From the NCBI GenBank assembly GCA_022703055.1, contig JAKLEP010000001.1, positions 346,850 to 410,849 on the forward strand: a DNA stretch of 64,000 nucleotides, in the 5' to 3' direction. This document shows positions 32,020 to 41,488 of the stretch, piece after piece. The notes beneath the pieces are model-generated. The model was not told where the DNA came from, did no database searches, and saw only the letters and a list, made by a program, of their open reading frames with translations. The position numbers and the translations under genes were made by a program. Source of the DNA: Candidatus Omnitrophota bacterium (GTDB lineage Bacteria > Omnitrophota > Gorgyraeia > VGKH01). The first letter of the stretch is position 1. Each line of letters begins with the position of its first letter.

Positions 32020-33061
32020 TTTAGCTACGGATAAGAAAAAAGGGATTCTAGCCGCGATCTTAAAGACCCTTTTGTTTCTTTTGTCTTTGTTGTATGGCCT
32101 GATAATCAGAATTATTTTGTTCTGTTATAAATCCAAGATTCTTAAAACCACCCGTTTGGATACCAAGGTCGTCAGTATCGGAAATATTACACTGGGCGGC
32201 ACAGGAAAGACTCCGCTAGTTGAATTGGTGGCAGAATTTCTTTCGGGCGCGGGATACAAAGTAGCAATCCTGACCCGCGGATACAAAAAAGAGGCCACAG
32301 CCGATAAAAAATCGGACGAAGCGACGATGCTGGCCGCTAAATTGCCAAAGGTGCATATTTTGGTGGGGCGTAATCGCATAGAAAACGCCAAACAAGCTAT
32401 AAAAGACTATAATACGGATTTGATTTTGCTCGATGACGGCTTCCAGCATTGGAGATTGCACCGGGATTTGGATATAGTCGCAATTGACGCCATCAATCCT
32501 TTCGGAAACAGAAATATGATACCAAGGGGAATTTTAAGAGAGCCGCTTTCGTCACTAAAAAGAGCCGAGATGTTTGTTATTACCAAGTCAGATTTTGGCA
32601 AAGACAATGTCGGGGCAATAGAATCATTCATAAGCTTTATAAAACCCAAGGCAGTAGTGGCCCAGACAATTCACAACCCGGTATTCTTATACCGGATAGA
32701 TAATAACCAAGTTTTAAATTCGTCTTTGATGCGCGATAAAAACATCTGCCTCCTGGCAAGTATCGGAGACCCCGCGAGTTTTGAGGCGATGATCGTAAAG
32801 ATGGGGTTGACTCCTGAGTTAAAATTTTATTTTACCGACCATTATCAGTATAAGGAGCGCGATTTGGCAAGGGTAGTCGCAACCTGCAAAGCGCGGGAGA
32901 TCAATACCATCATCACCACGGAAAAAGACATCCCAAGATTGAAGTCATTGAAACTTGATTTCTTGAATGGGCTTACTATCCTTGCACTGCGCATAGGAAT
33001 TAAATTCACGAAAAATGAAGAAGCATTTTTTGAAAGATTATTGTCTGTTTGCCACCGCTAA
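32000..33061 (+). CDS. lpxK: Tetraacyldisaccharide 4'-kinase
   Basis: 353 aa. P-loop VVSIGNITLGGTGKTP. Also ILTRGY and DDGFQH. Confidence 0.9.
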   Translation: MREYLYSLATDKKKGILAAILKTLLFLLSLLYGLIIRIILFCYKSKILKTTRLDTKVVSIGNITLGGTGKTPLVELVAEFLSGAGYKVAILTRGYKKEATADKKSDEATMLAAKLPKVHILVGRNRIENAKQAIKDYNTDLILLDDGFQHWRLHRDLDIVAIDAINPFGNRNMIPRGILREPLSSLKRAEMFVITKSDFGKDNVGAIESFISFIKPKAVVAQTIHNPVFLYRIDNNQVLNSSLMRDKNICLLASIGDPASFEAMIVKMGLTPELKFYFTDHYQYKERDLARVVATCKAREINTIITTEKDIPRLKSLKLDFLNGLTILALRIGIKFTKNEEAFFERLLSVCHR

Positions 33062-34970
33062 GGTCTTGGGCTGGATTTTTATGGCTCTGCCGATGAGTGT
33101 GTCTCTGTCTCTTGCCAAGGCTATCGGGACCGTCGGATACTACCTGGACTTTAAGCATAAAAGAGTAGTCTATGCCAATATCAAGACCGCATTCGGAAAC
33201 TCAAAAACTTTGCAGGAAATAAACGTCATAACCAAAAAGACTTTTCAGAATTTCTGCCAGCATATCGTCGAAGTGCTATGCCTGCCTAAGATTACACACG
33301 GTTATATCGAAAAATATGTTCGATTTGAAGATAAAAGTATAATCATGGATGCCATCAAGGAAAACAAGGGCCTGCTTGCCTGCAGTATGCATTTTGGCAG
33401 TTGGGAATTATCGTTTATTTTGTGCGACAGGCTTGGCCCGCCGTTTAAAATCATCGCCAGGGAACATGAAAAATATTCCAAGACCGACAAGTTGCTCAAC
33501 TCCTATCGTCAGATGCGTCCGGAAAGTGTTTTGTATCGCGGCGAAAGCCCCAAAGAAATGATCAAGGTATTGCAGAACAAAGAAATATTAGGCCTGGTTC
33601 TGGATCAGGGCGGCAAGAGCGGACAATTGACCGAATTTTTCGGGCAAAGCGCCTCCATGCCCACAGGCGCTTTACGATTAGCTTTAAAATTTGATGTCCC
33701 GATAGTAATGGTATTTATAATCAGGGAGCGCGGGCCATATCATAAGATTATTTTGAGGCGGTTAGAATTGATTAAGACTCAAGATGCCGAGAGGGATATT
33801 GAGCTAAATCTTAATAAGATTATGCGTATGGGCGAAGACATAATTCGGCAGCACCCCGAACAGTATATGTGGTTTTACAAAGTATGGAAATACTCCGATC
33901 AAAAGAAAATTGTTATTTTAAACGATGGAAAAATCGGCCAGCTAAGGCAAAGCCAGGCAGCGGCAGGCATTTTATCGGCAGAGCTAGCAAAAAACAATTT
34001 TAAAGCTTCCATAGAAATAATGGATGTCAGATTCAGGAATAATTTTTCCAAAGCCATGATATCTTTGTGTTCTGTCCCGGCGGCGAAACGCCATTGCATG
34101 GGTTGCCTGTGGTGCCTGGAGAAGTTTCTGGAAAAATCATCCTACGAGAATTTAGCCAGGATGAAAGCCGATTTTATCATCTCCAGCGGCTCAAGCCTGG
34201 CTAATGTGAATTATATTTTATCCAATGATAGCCTGGCAAAGAGTGTGTCGATTTTACGGCCGAATCTGCTGGGCACAAATAGATTTGACCTGGTGGTCAT
34301 GCCCAGGCACGATAATCCGCCGCAAAGAGACAATGTAGTTATAACAGACGGCTCATTAAATTTAATCAATAAAGATTATTTAAAAAAGCAGTCTGAAAAG
34401 ATTGCTTTGCGCTATCCTAATCTTAGCCAAGATAAAGCCAGGACAATAGGCGTCCTCTTGGGAGGAGATACAAAAAATTATAAGATATCTATTGAGGCGG
34501 TTAAAATCCTGATTTCAGAATTAAAAGATATTTCGCAAATATTAGACTTACAGATTTTATTGACCACATCAAGAAGGACTCCGAATAGCGTAGAGAACCT
34601 TATCATAGAGAGCCTGGGAAGTTTGCCAAAATGCAAGTTGCTGATAATCGCCAATGAAAACAATATTCCCGAGGCGGTGGGCGGAATATTGGGATTGTCC
34701 GATATAGTTATAGTAAGCGATGATAGCATTTCCATGGTTTCCGAGGCGGCTAGTTCCGGAAAATATGTAATTGTTGTTCAAACCGCCAAAGAATCCAGCT
34801 CAAGGAAGCACAGAAGATTTTTACAATCATTAAGCAGCCAAGAATATATTTTCCTGGTAAAACCGGATAAAATATCAGATACTATTAAACAAATCTTTAA
34901 CAATCAACCTAAAGTTAAAAAGCTGGCTGATAATGAAGCTTTGGCCAGTGCAATCGGAAAGATATTATGA
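33015..34970 (+). CDS. Fusion of a LpxL/HtrB-type lipid A late acyltransferase and an ELM1/GtrOC1-like putative glycosyltransferase domain
   Basis: 651 aa. The N-terminal ~295 aa has the acyltransferase HX4-type context (CSMHFGSWE). The C-terminal ~350 aa begins KIVILNDGKIGQLRQSQAAAGIL, typical of bacterial ELM1-like proteins. Confidence 0.6.
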   Translation: MKKHFLKDYCLFATAKVLGWIFMALPMSVSLSLAKAIGTVGYYLDFKHKRVVYANIKTAFGNSKTLQEINVITKKTFQNFCQHIVEVLCLPKITHGYIEKYVRFEDKSIIMDAIKENKGLLACSMHFGSWELSFILCDRLGPPFKIIAREHEKYSKTDKLLNSYRQMRPESVLYRGESPKEMIKVLQNKEILGLVLDQGGKSGQLTEFFGQSASMPTGALRLALKFDVPIVMVFIIRERGPYHKIILRRLELIKTQDAERDIELNLNKIMRMGEDIIRQHPEQYMWFYKVWKYSDQKKIVILNDGKIGQLRQSQAAAGILSAELAKNNFKASIEIMDVRFRNNFSKAMISLCSVPAAKRHCMGCLWCLEKFLEKSSYENLARMKADFIISSGSSLANVNYILSNDSLAKSVSILRPNLLGTNRFDLVVMPRHDNPPQRDNVVITDGSLNLINKDYLKKQSEKIALRYPNLSQDKARTIGVLLGGDTKNYKISIEAVKILISELKDISQILDLQILLTTSRRTPNSVENLIIESLGSLPKCKLLIIANENNIPEAVGGILGLSDIVIVSDDSISMVSEAASSGKYVIVVQTAKESSSRKHRRFLQSLSSQEYIFLVKPDKISDTIKQIFNNQPKVKKLADNEALASAIGKIL

Positions 34971-35257
34971 ACCCCGCCCTTCCTAAAGAATGGTATTATG
35001 TGTATCTACTTGCTAGCGGTAAGACATCTTGGATTTATATAGGCTGTACCAATGATTTAAAAAATAGATTGAAAGAGCATAGCGAAGGGAAGGTTTTTAC
35101 AACTAGAAAGATGCTACCTGTAGAATTAATATATTTCGAGGGATATAGGTCTAAGGACCATGCATATAAAAGAGAGAAAAATCTTAAAGCTTATGGCAGC
35201 GGTTTAGCAAAACTGAAATCCCGGCTCGGAATAGAAACGAAAGGAAGGGCGGGGTGA
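34967..35257 (+). CDS. Small GIY-YIG nuclease family protein (YhbQ/COG2827-like), copy 1
   Basis: 96 aa. Motif YYVYLL...WIYIGCTNDLKNRLKEH...R. ATG overlaps the upstream stop (ATGA). Its stop overlaps the downstream GTG start. Confidence 0.8.
   Translation: MNPALPKEWYYVYLLASGKTSWIYIGCTNDLKNRLKEHSEGKVFTTRKMLPVELIYFEGYRSKDHAYKREKNLKAYGSGLAKLKSRLGIETKGRAG
34972..35254 (+). mobile_element. Inverted-repeat-bounded GIY-YIG unit (CCCCGCCCTTCCT ... AGGAAGGGCGGGG)
   Basis: A 13 bp perfect inverted repeat brackets essentially the whole GIY-YIG ORF. The same CCCCGCCCT/AGGGCGGGG arms occur as ORF-less hairpins at 41489, 42067 and 51299. Confidence 0.5.
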
Positions 35258-37341
35258 ACATACTTCAGATTCTTCCAGAGCTAAATGTCGGCGGCGTTGA
35301 GACCGGAACGGTCGATTTCGCCAGGTACCTGGTGAAAAACGGCCACAAGGCAATTGTAGTCTCAAACGGCGGAGACCTGGTCGGAGATTTAGAGCAGGCA
35401 GGGGTTTTGCATTATAAATTGCCGGTGCACGAGAAATCCATATTTACCATTATCAAGATGATCAAAGAGCTGACTTTGATCATCAAGAAAGAAAATATCG
35501 ATATCGTCCACGCCCGCTCCCGCGTTCCCGGCTGGATCGGATTCTTCGCCGCAAGAAATACCGGGACGATTTTCCTCACCACCTGCCATGGCCATTATTC
35601 CAAACATTTCCTTTCAAAAGTCATGGGTTTCGGAAAACTGGTGATTGTGCCCTCAAACGTTATCGGCAGGCATATGATAGAAGATTTCGGCGTCCATCAT
35701 CAGCGCATAAGATTGATTCCCCGAAGCGTAGACCTGGAAAAATTTACTTTTTCGCCTTACGATACCAGGCCTAAGACTGGTTTTATCGTCGGGATGATCG
35801 GCAGGATTACTCCTTTAAAAGGCCATGCCCATTTCCTGAAGGCGATTTCCAAGCTCATCAGAACACTTCCCTACTTAAAAGTTTGGATTGTCGGCGACTC
35901 CCCGCAAAGTAAAAAGATTTACCGCGAAGAGGTCGAGACTCTTGCCCGACGCTTGGGAATTTCCCACTGCGTGCAATTCTTGGGCAACAGAAAAGATATC
36001 CCCCAGATTATTTCCAAATTGAATATCGTAGTCCTTTCCACGGTGACCGAAGAGGCATTCGGACGGGTGATCATCGAATCCCAGGCCTGCGGCACGCCGG
36101 TTATCGCAACAAGAGTGGGAGGAGTCGTTGACGTAGTCGAGGACGGCGAGACCGGAATCCTGGTCCCTCCCAAGGATCCCGACGCCATGGCATCGGCCAT
36201 CTTGAAGCTACTTAAGGATAAAACTCTGGCGGAAAAACTATCGCTTGCCGGACGAAAAAACGTGGAGGAGAAATTCACTATCGAGATGATGTCTACCGAA
36301 ACGCTAAAAGTCTACCAGGAGGCTGCAAGCACCAGAAATATCCTGGTTATTAAAATCGGCGCTTTAGGCGATGTGATTCTTTCTATTCCCTCCATAAGGG
36401 CGATAAGAAAGAAATACCCCGAAGCCAAGATTTATTGCCTGGTGGGTAAAGAGTCCCGCCCGATTTTACAGCGCTGCCCGTATCTAAACGGCATCATCAT
36501 TTATGATTATAAAGAAAAAGACAAAGGCATATTCGGCCCGATTAATATTATAAAGGAATTGAGAAAATATTATTTTGATATGGTCATTGATTTGCAGAAT
36601 AACCGCAAGAGTCATCTGATTAGTTTCTCGACCATGTCCTCAAGCCGCTACGGATACAACAATCGCAAGTTCAGTTTCTTGTTGAACCACAAGGTTGAGC
36701 CGACAAAGGAAGATACCCCGCCGATAGAGCACCAGTTTAGGACGCTTGGGCTTTTGGGCATCGCCAAAGAAGATACATCCCTGGAATTATGGCCTTCCGA
36801 AGAGGACGAGGAATACATACGGATTCTTTTAGAATCAGAATGGGTATCAGGCAAAGAAAAAATCATAGGGATAAATTTAGGCGCCAGCAAAAGATGGCTC
36901 ACCAAATGCTGGCCGCTAGAGAATTTTGCCCGCCTTTCGGATAGGTTGTCCAAGGAAAATATCAGGGTGATTATCACTGGCGCGCAAGATGATTTGGGCG
37001 CTGCCTCAAAAATCCAGAAGATGGCGACTTCAAAACTTTTGAATTTCGCCGGCAAGACTTCGATTATGCAGCTGGCGGCATTGATCAGAAAATGCAGTGT
37101 TTTTATTAGCGCCGATTCAGCTCCTCTGCACGTCGCTGCGGCAATGAATACTCCCATCGTGGCTTTGTTCGGCCCGACGTCGCCCCAGAGGCATATGCCT
37201 CCGGCGAAAAAAGCAGTTGTGGTAAAGGCAAATGTAATCTGCAGCCCCTGTTATAAGCCTAAATGCCAGAAAATGGATTGCATGAATCAGATTAGCGTGG
37301 ATGAAGTTTATATGGCGGTAAAAAAACTGATTAAAACATGA
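35254..37341 (+). CDS. Fusion glycosyltransferase, GT4 (N-terminal) + GT9 heptosyltransferase-like (C-terminal)
   Basis: 695 aa. GT4 motif EAFGRVIIESQACGTPVIATRVGG..EDGETG. GT9 motifs VIKIGALGDVILSIPSIRAIRKKYP and DSAPLHVAAAMNTP. Confidence 0.75.
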   Translation: MNILQILPELNVGGVETGTVDFARYLVKNGHKAIVVSNGGDLVGDLEQAGVLHYKLPVHEKSIFTIIKMIKELTLIIKKENIDIVHARSRVPGWIGFFAARNTGTIFLTTCHGHYSKHFLSKVMGFGKLVIVPSNVIGRHMIEDFGVHHQRIRLIPRSVDLEKFTFSPYDTRPKTGFIVGMIGRITPLKGHAHFLKAISKLIRTLPYLKVWIVGDSPQSKKIYREEVETLARRLGISHCVQFLGNRKDIPQIISKLNIVVLSTVTEEAFGRVIIESQACGTPVIATRVGGVVDVVEDGETGILVPPKDPDAMASAILKLLKDKTLAEKLSLAGRKNVEEKFTIEMMSTETLKVYQEAASTRNILVIKIGALGDVILSIPSIRAIRKKYPEAKIYCLVGKESRPILQRCPYLNGIIIYDYKEKDKGIFGPINIIKELRKYYFDMVIDLQNNRKSHLISFSTMSSSRYGYNNRKFSFLLNHKVEPTKEDTPPIEHQFRTLGLLGIAKEDTSLELWPSEEDEEYIRILLESEWVSGKEKIIGINLGASKRWLTKCWPLENFARLSDRLSKENIRVIITGAQDDLGAASKIQKMATSKLLNFAGKTSIMQLAALIRKCSVFISADSAPLHVAAAMNTPIVALFGPTSPQRHMPPAKKAVVVKANVICSPCYKPKCQKMDCMNQISVDEVYMAVKKLIKT

Positions 37342-38435
37342 ATGTACTCCTGTTAACAACCCATCTTAATCCCGGCGGGATTGCAAGCTACGTAGTGTCC
37401 CTGGCCAAGGGATTGAAAAATGATAACCACCGCGTCGTCGTGGCATCCAGCGGCGGCTCATTGGTGGATGTGTTAAGAAGCTACGATATTCCGCACGTGG
37501 AGATCAACATCACCACCAAGTCGGAGATCAGCCCCAAGATTTTTATCTCGTTAAAAAAACTTTTCAAGACGATTAATGATAATGACATTCAGATCATCCA
37601 CGCCCAGACAAGGGTCACGCAGGTGCTGGCTTTCTGGCTCGATAAGATAGGCGGCATTCCTTTTGTTTCCACCTGCCACGGATTTTTCAAGCCGCGTTTA
37701 AGCCGGATAAAATTCCCCTGCTGGGGAAGGAAGGTAATCGCCATAAGCGAAGCGGTGAAAAGCCATCTTATCCAGGATTTGAAGGTAAGGTTCGATACGA
37801 TCGAGCTAATCTATAACGGCCTGGAGGCAAGAAAGGCTTTTGAATATAGCGCAGACGAGTTGGCAGAAACCAGAAAATGGATTGGCCTAAGGTCCCGTGG
37901 CCCGGTCATCGGCAATATCGCCAGGCTATCCAGTGTTAAGGGCCAGAGTTATCTCATTGAGGCGATGAACGAGGTAGTAAAAATATTTCCCGATGCCCAG
38001 CTTTTAGTTGTCGGCGACGGAAAAATCAAGGACGATCTGGTCGCCAGGGTAAACGAGCTCGGCTTAAACAATAACATATTTTTTATTCCTTCGGTTAGAG
38101 AGACATCCTCGATATTATCGCTTATGGATATTTTTGTAATGTGTTCTGTTGCCGAGGGTTTGGGCCTTTCGATAATGGAAGCCCAGGCAGTGGGCTTGCC
38201 GGTTATCGCAACAGAAGTCGGCGGGATTCCGGAATTGGTCAAAGATGGCCAGACCGGGATTCTTGTCCCGCCACAGGATTCATTTAAGCTGGCCCATGCC
38301 ATCATCTCATTACTGGAAAATAGAGAGAAGGCCAGGCAATTAGGTGCCAACGCCCAGAAAAATATCCGGGAAAATTTCACTCTTGAGAAAATGATTAGCG
38401 AAACCGAGCGAGTCTACGAATCGGTCTTAAAATAA
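37338..38435 (+). CDS. Glycosyltransferase family 4
   Basis: 365 aa. Motif EGLGLSIMEAQAVGLPVIATEVGGIPELVKDGQTG. Confidence 0.8.
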   Translation: MNVLLLTTHLNPGGIASYVVSLAKGLKNDNHRVVVASSGGSLVDVLRSYDIPHVEINITTKSEISPKIFISLKKLFKTINDNDIQIIHAQTRVTQVLAFWLDKIGGIPFVSTCHGFFKPRLSRIKFPCWGRKVIAISEAVKSHLIQDLKVRFDTIELIYNGLEARKAFEYSADELAETRKWIGLRSRGPVIGNIARLSSVKGQSYLIEAMNEVVKIFPDAQLLVVGDGKIKDDLVARVNELGLNNNIFFIPSVRETSSILSLMDIFVMCSVAEGLGLSIMEAQAVGLPVIATEVGGIPELVKDGQTGILVPPQDSFKLAHAIISLLENREKARQLGANAQKNIRENFTLEKMISETERVYESVLK

Positions 38436-38436
38436 A

Positions 38437-39450
38437 ATGCAGAAAAGAATCTTGATCGCAAATGTCAATTGGCTGGGGGACGTTTTAATGTCTTCCGCCT
38501 CAATCCGGGCGATAAAAAAAGCCTATCCTGATAGCTATCTTGCCTGCATGGTGCCTAAGCGCTGCGTGGAAGTACTATCCGGCAATCCCAATCTGGATGA
38601 GATCATTGTTTTTGACGAGAAAGACACGCATAAATGGATATTTGCCCAGATAAAATTCATCCGCGAATTAAAAAACAAGAAATTTGATATCGTATTTTTG
38701 TTTCATCGCTCGATGACCCGCGCACTAATCGTAAAGCTGGCCGGAATCCCCGAGAGGGTCGGCTACTACACCCAAAAAAGATCCTGGCTCTTGACCAAGG
38801 CAATCGCCCAACCTGACCGCCAGATACATCGTCTGGACTATTATTTCAATATCGTCAGCTCTTATGGCATAAAATCCGATGGAAGATACTATGAATTCTT
38901 TGTCAGCGATGGCGACCGCGAATTTATCGACAAAAAGCTAAAAACACTGGGAGTCTCCCAGGAAGATTTTGTAGTGGTGATTAATCCCGGTGGGAACTGG
39001 GCTCCTAAGCGCTGGCCCAAAGAAAATTTCGCCGCGCTTTCCGATAGATTAATTAACGAGCTCGGCGCCAAAATAATAATCTCAGGCGCCGACAAAGACA
39101 TTGCTTTGGCCAATGAGATTTCTTCGCTCATGAAGCAAAAACCGATTATCTTAGCCGGGGCTACAAGCCTGAAACAGCTCGGGGCTTTGATGGAGGCATC
39201 CGATTTGGTCATCTCGGCAGATTCAGGGCCGATGCATATTGCCGCTGCCATGGGCACCGATTTAATCGCATTGTTCGGTCCGACAAAAGCGACTCTCACC
39301 GGGCCATTAGGAAAGGGAAAAATAGCAACAATCCAGCGAGAAGTGGGATGTGAAATTCCCTGCTATGTGAAAAACTGCCAGCACAATCGTTGCATGGAGG
39401 AAATTAGCGTAGACTATGTTTTCACGGAAGCCAAAAAATTCAGAGATTAA
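38437..39450 (+). CDS. Glycosyltransferase family 9 (LPS heptosyltransferase-like)
   Basis: 337 aa. Motifs NVNWLGDVLMSSASIRAIKKAYP and ADSGPMHIAAAMGT. Confidence 0.8.
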   Translation: MQKRILIANVNWLGDVLMSSASIRAIKKAYPDSYLACMVPKRCVEVLSGNPNLDEIIVFDEKDTHKWIFAQIKFIRELKNKKFDIVFLFHRSMTRALIVKLAGIPERVGYYTQKRSWLLTKAIAQPDRQIHRLDYYFNIVSSYGIKSDGRYYEFFVSDGDREFIDKKLKTLGVSQEDFVVVINPGGNWAPKRWPKENFAALSDRLINELGAKIIISGADKDIALANEISSLMKQKPIILAGATSLKQLGALMEASDLVISADSGPMHIAAAMGTDLIALFGPTKATLTGPLGKGKIATIQREVGCEIPCYVKNCQHNRCMEEISVDYVFTEAKKFRD

Positions 39451-41470
39451 GAATATTTTAGTCGTCAGCCTCACCAATATCGGCGACGTCATTCTGACTC
39501 TGCCCGTAATCGACACTTTAAAAGAGAATTTTCCCCAAGCCCGCATCCATGTCGTCGTCGGGCCGAAGGCCCTGGATTTACTCAACAATGATTTCCGCCT
39601 GAATCTGGTTGTCTACGACAAAAGAATCTCGCTAAAAGCCAAGCTGGGCTTCTTGATTTATCTAAAGAAGCAGAAGTTTGATCTCGTCGTTAACCTGCGT
39701 AACGCCGGTTTTGTCCGCCTCTTGAAAGCACCGTATAAAACGCCTGCGCTTTTAAAAATCCCCAAGACAATCGAGCACATGAAATACCGCCATCTCTACA
39801 AATTGAAGTCGACAATGCCATCGATCGAGAAATTCTGCTCGCTTGCCGAGATTTGCACCAATCAAAACGACAGAACCAAAGTGGACGGATTATTAGAAGA
39901 GAATAATATTCCCGCCTCGGGGTTTGTCGTGGTTTCACCCGGAGCTGCCAGCCACTGGAAAAGGTACCGCGCCAGCGGCTTCGCCGAGGTCGGCGATTAT
40001 TTAATGGAGAAATTCCGGTTGAAGATTATCATGGTTGGCGACAAAAACGATGCCGGTATCGTCGAGGATATTATCAACCTTATGAAGCATAAGCCGGTTA
40101 ATCTTGCCGGCCAGACCAATTTGCGCGAGCTTGCCTATCTATTAAAGAAGGCAAAATTAGTGATTTCCAATGACAGCGGGGTGATGCATTTGGCCAGCTA
40201 CCTCGATGTCCCCACCTTAGCGATTTTTGGCCCCACCGACCCCAAAAAATACGGCCCCTGGAATAATAAGAGCCTGGTTATAAGAGAGGAGCTGGATTGT
40301 TCGCCCTGCGAGCAGTCAAGCTGCCGCTATGAACACGAGTGCATGAATCTTTTGCATGAAGACAGGATAATAAAGCTCGCCGAGAAACTTCTTTCGGCAA
40401 ACCTCGCCCAGGAAAACCTGGCAATGTTCGCGCCTTTCTTGGGATACCGGAGGATTTTGATTGTGCGTACCGATAGAATCGGCGACGTGTTATTGTCCAC
40501 GCCGGTGATAAAAGCAGTCAAAGACTTTTATCCCAATTCATTTGTGGCGGTAATGGTCTCGCCATACGCCAAAGAAATCATCGAGGGAAACCCTTACGCC
40601 GATGAAGTCATCATTTATGATAAGGATAAAAAACACAAAAGCGTCTTGGCATCGATGGGATTTGCCCGCCGGCTAAAGCAGAGGAAATTCGATTTGGCGA
40701 TAATTTTACATCCCACCAACCGCGTGAATCTAGTCACCTATTTTGCGCGCATCCCCGAGCGGGTTGGCTACAACAAAAAAATGGGGCATCTTTTAACTAA
40801 AAAGATAGAAGACACCAAACATTTAGGCGAGAAGCACGAGATGGAATATTCCCTGGATGTTATCCGCGCACTCGGCATCGAGCCCAAGGATAAAACGCTT
40901 TATATGCCTATAAAATTAGAATCGGAAATATGGCTTGAAGATATTCTGGCCAAAAACCGCATACTGAATCAAGAGAGGCTGGTGGCCATTCATCCGGCGG
41001 CGAGCTGCCCGTCCAAGATCTGGCCGGCCGAATCCTTTGCCAAACTCGCCGATATCTTGATGGAAAAATACGGATATAAAATAATTATTGTCGCCGGCCC
41101 TAAAGATAAAAAATTAGCGCAAAAAGTCCAAGATAAAATGTCTTATCCGGTATTAAATCTGGCCGGCGACACAACAGTCAGCCGCCTGGCCAGTATCCTA
41201 AAAAGATGCAAACTCTTTATCTCAAATGATTCCGGCCCGGTACATATTGCAACTGCAGTGGGAACACCGGTAATTTCTATTTTTGGACGCAACCAGGCGG
41301 GATTAAGCCCGCTTCGCTGGGGGCCGCTCGGCCTCAAGGATAAATTCCTGCATAAGGATGTCGGATGTATTGAGTGTTTAGCGCATAATTGTAAAAAAGA
41401 ATTCACCTGTTTGAAGGCGATTCAGGTAGAAGACGTTTTAAAAACAGTGGATGAAGTTTTGAAAGAATGA
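39416..41470 (+). CDS. Tandem GT9-GT9 fusion (two heptosyltransferase-like modules)
   Basis: 684 aa. Module 1 has VVSLTNIGDVILTLPVID and NDSGVMHLASYLDVP. Module 2 has IVRTDRIGDVLLSTPVIKAV and NDSGPVHIATAVGTP. Confidence 0.75.
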   Translation: MFSRKPKNSEIKNILVVSLTNIGDVILTLPVIDTLKENFPQARIHVVVGPKALDLLNNDFRLNLVVYDKRISLKAKLGFLIYLKKQKFDLVVNLRNAGFVRLLKAPYKTPALLKIPKTIEHMKYRHLYKLKSTMPSIEKFCSLAEICTNQNDRTKVDGLLEENNIPASGFVVVSPGAASHWKRYRASGFAEVGDYLMEKFRLKIIMVGDKNDAGIVEDIINLMKHKPVNLAGQTNLRELAYLLKKAKLVISNDSGVMHLASYLDVPTLAIFGPTDPKKYGPWNNKSLVIREELDCSPCEQSSCRYEHECMNLLHEDRIIKLAEKLLSANLAQENLAMFAPFLGYRRILIVRTDRIGDVLLSTPVIKAVKDFYPNSFVAVMVSPYAKEIIEGNPYADEVIIYDKDKKHKSVLASMGFARRLKQRKFDLAIILHPTNRVNLVTYFARIPERVGYNKKMGHLLTKKIEDTKHLGEKHEMEYSLDVIRALGIEPKDKTLYMPIKLESEIWLEDILAKNRILNQERLVAIHPAASCPSKIWPAESFAKLADILMEKYGYKIIIVAGPKDKKLAQKVQDKMSYPVLNLAGDTTVSRLASILKRCKLFISNDSGPVHIATAVGTPVISIFGRNQAGLSPLRWGPLGLKDKFLHKDVGCIECLAHNCKKEFTCLKAIQVEDVLKTVDEVLKE

Positions 41471-41488
41471 TGTAATCTTTGCGGTTTA

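Noticed and set aside
34967-35257. Group I intron with a GIY-YIG homing endonuclease
   Set aside because: The units lie between genes rather than interrupting a coding or RNA gene. They are too short for a group I core. I could not trace P3-P7-type pairings. The ORFs resemble the small YhbQ-type family rather than phage or intron I-TevI-like enzymes.
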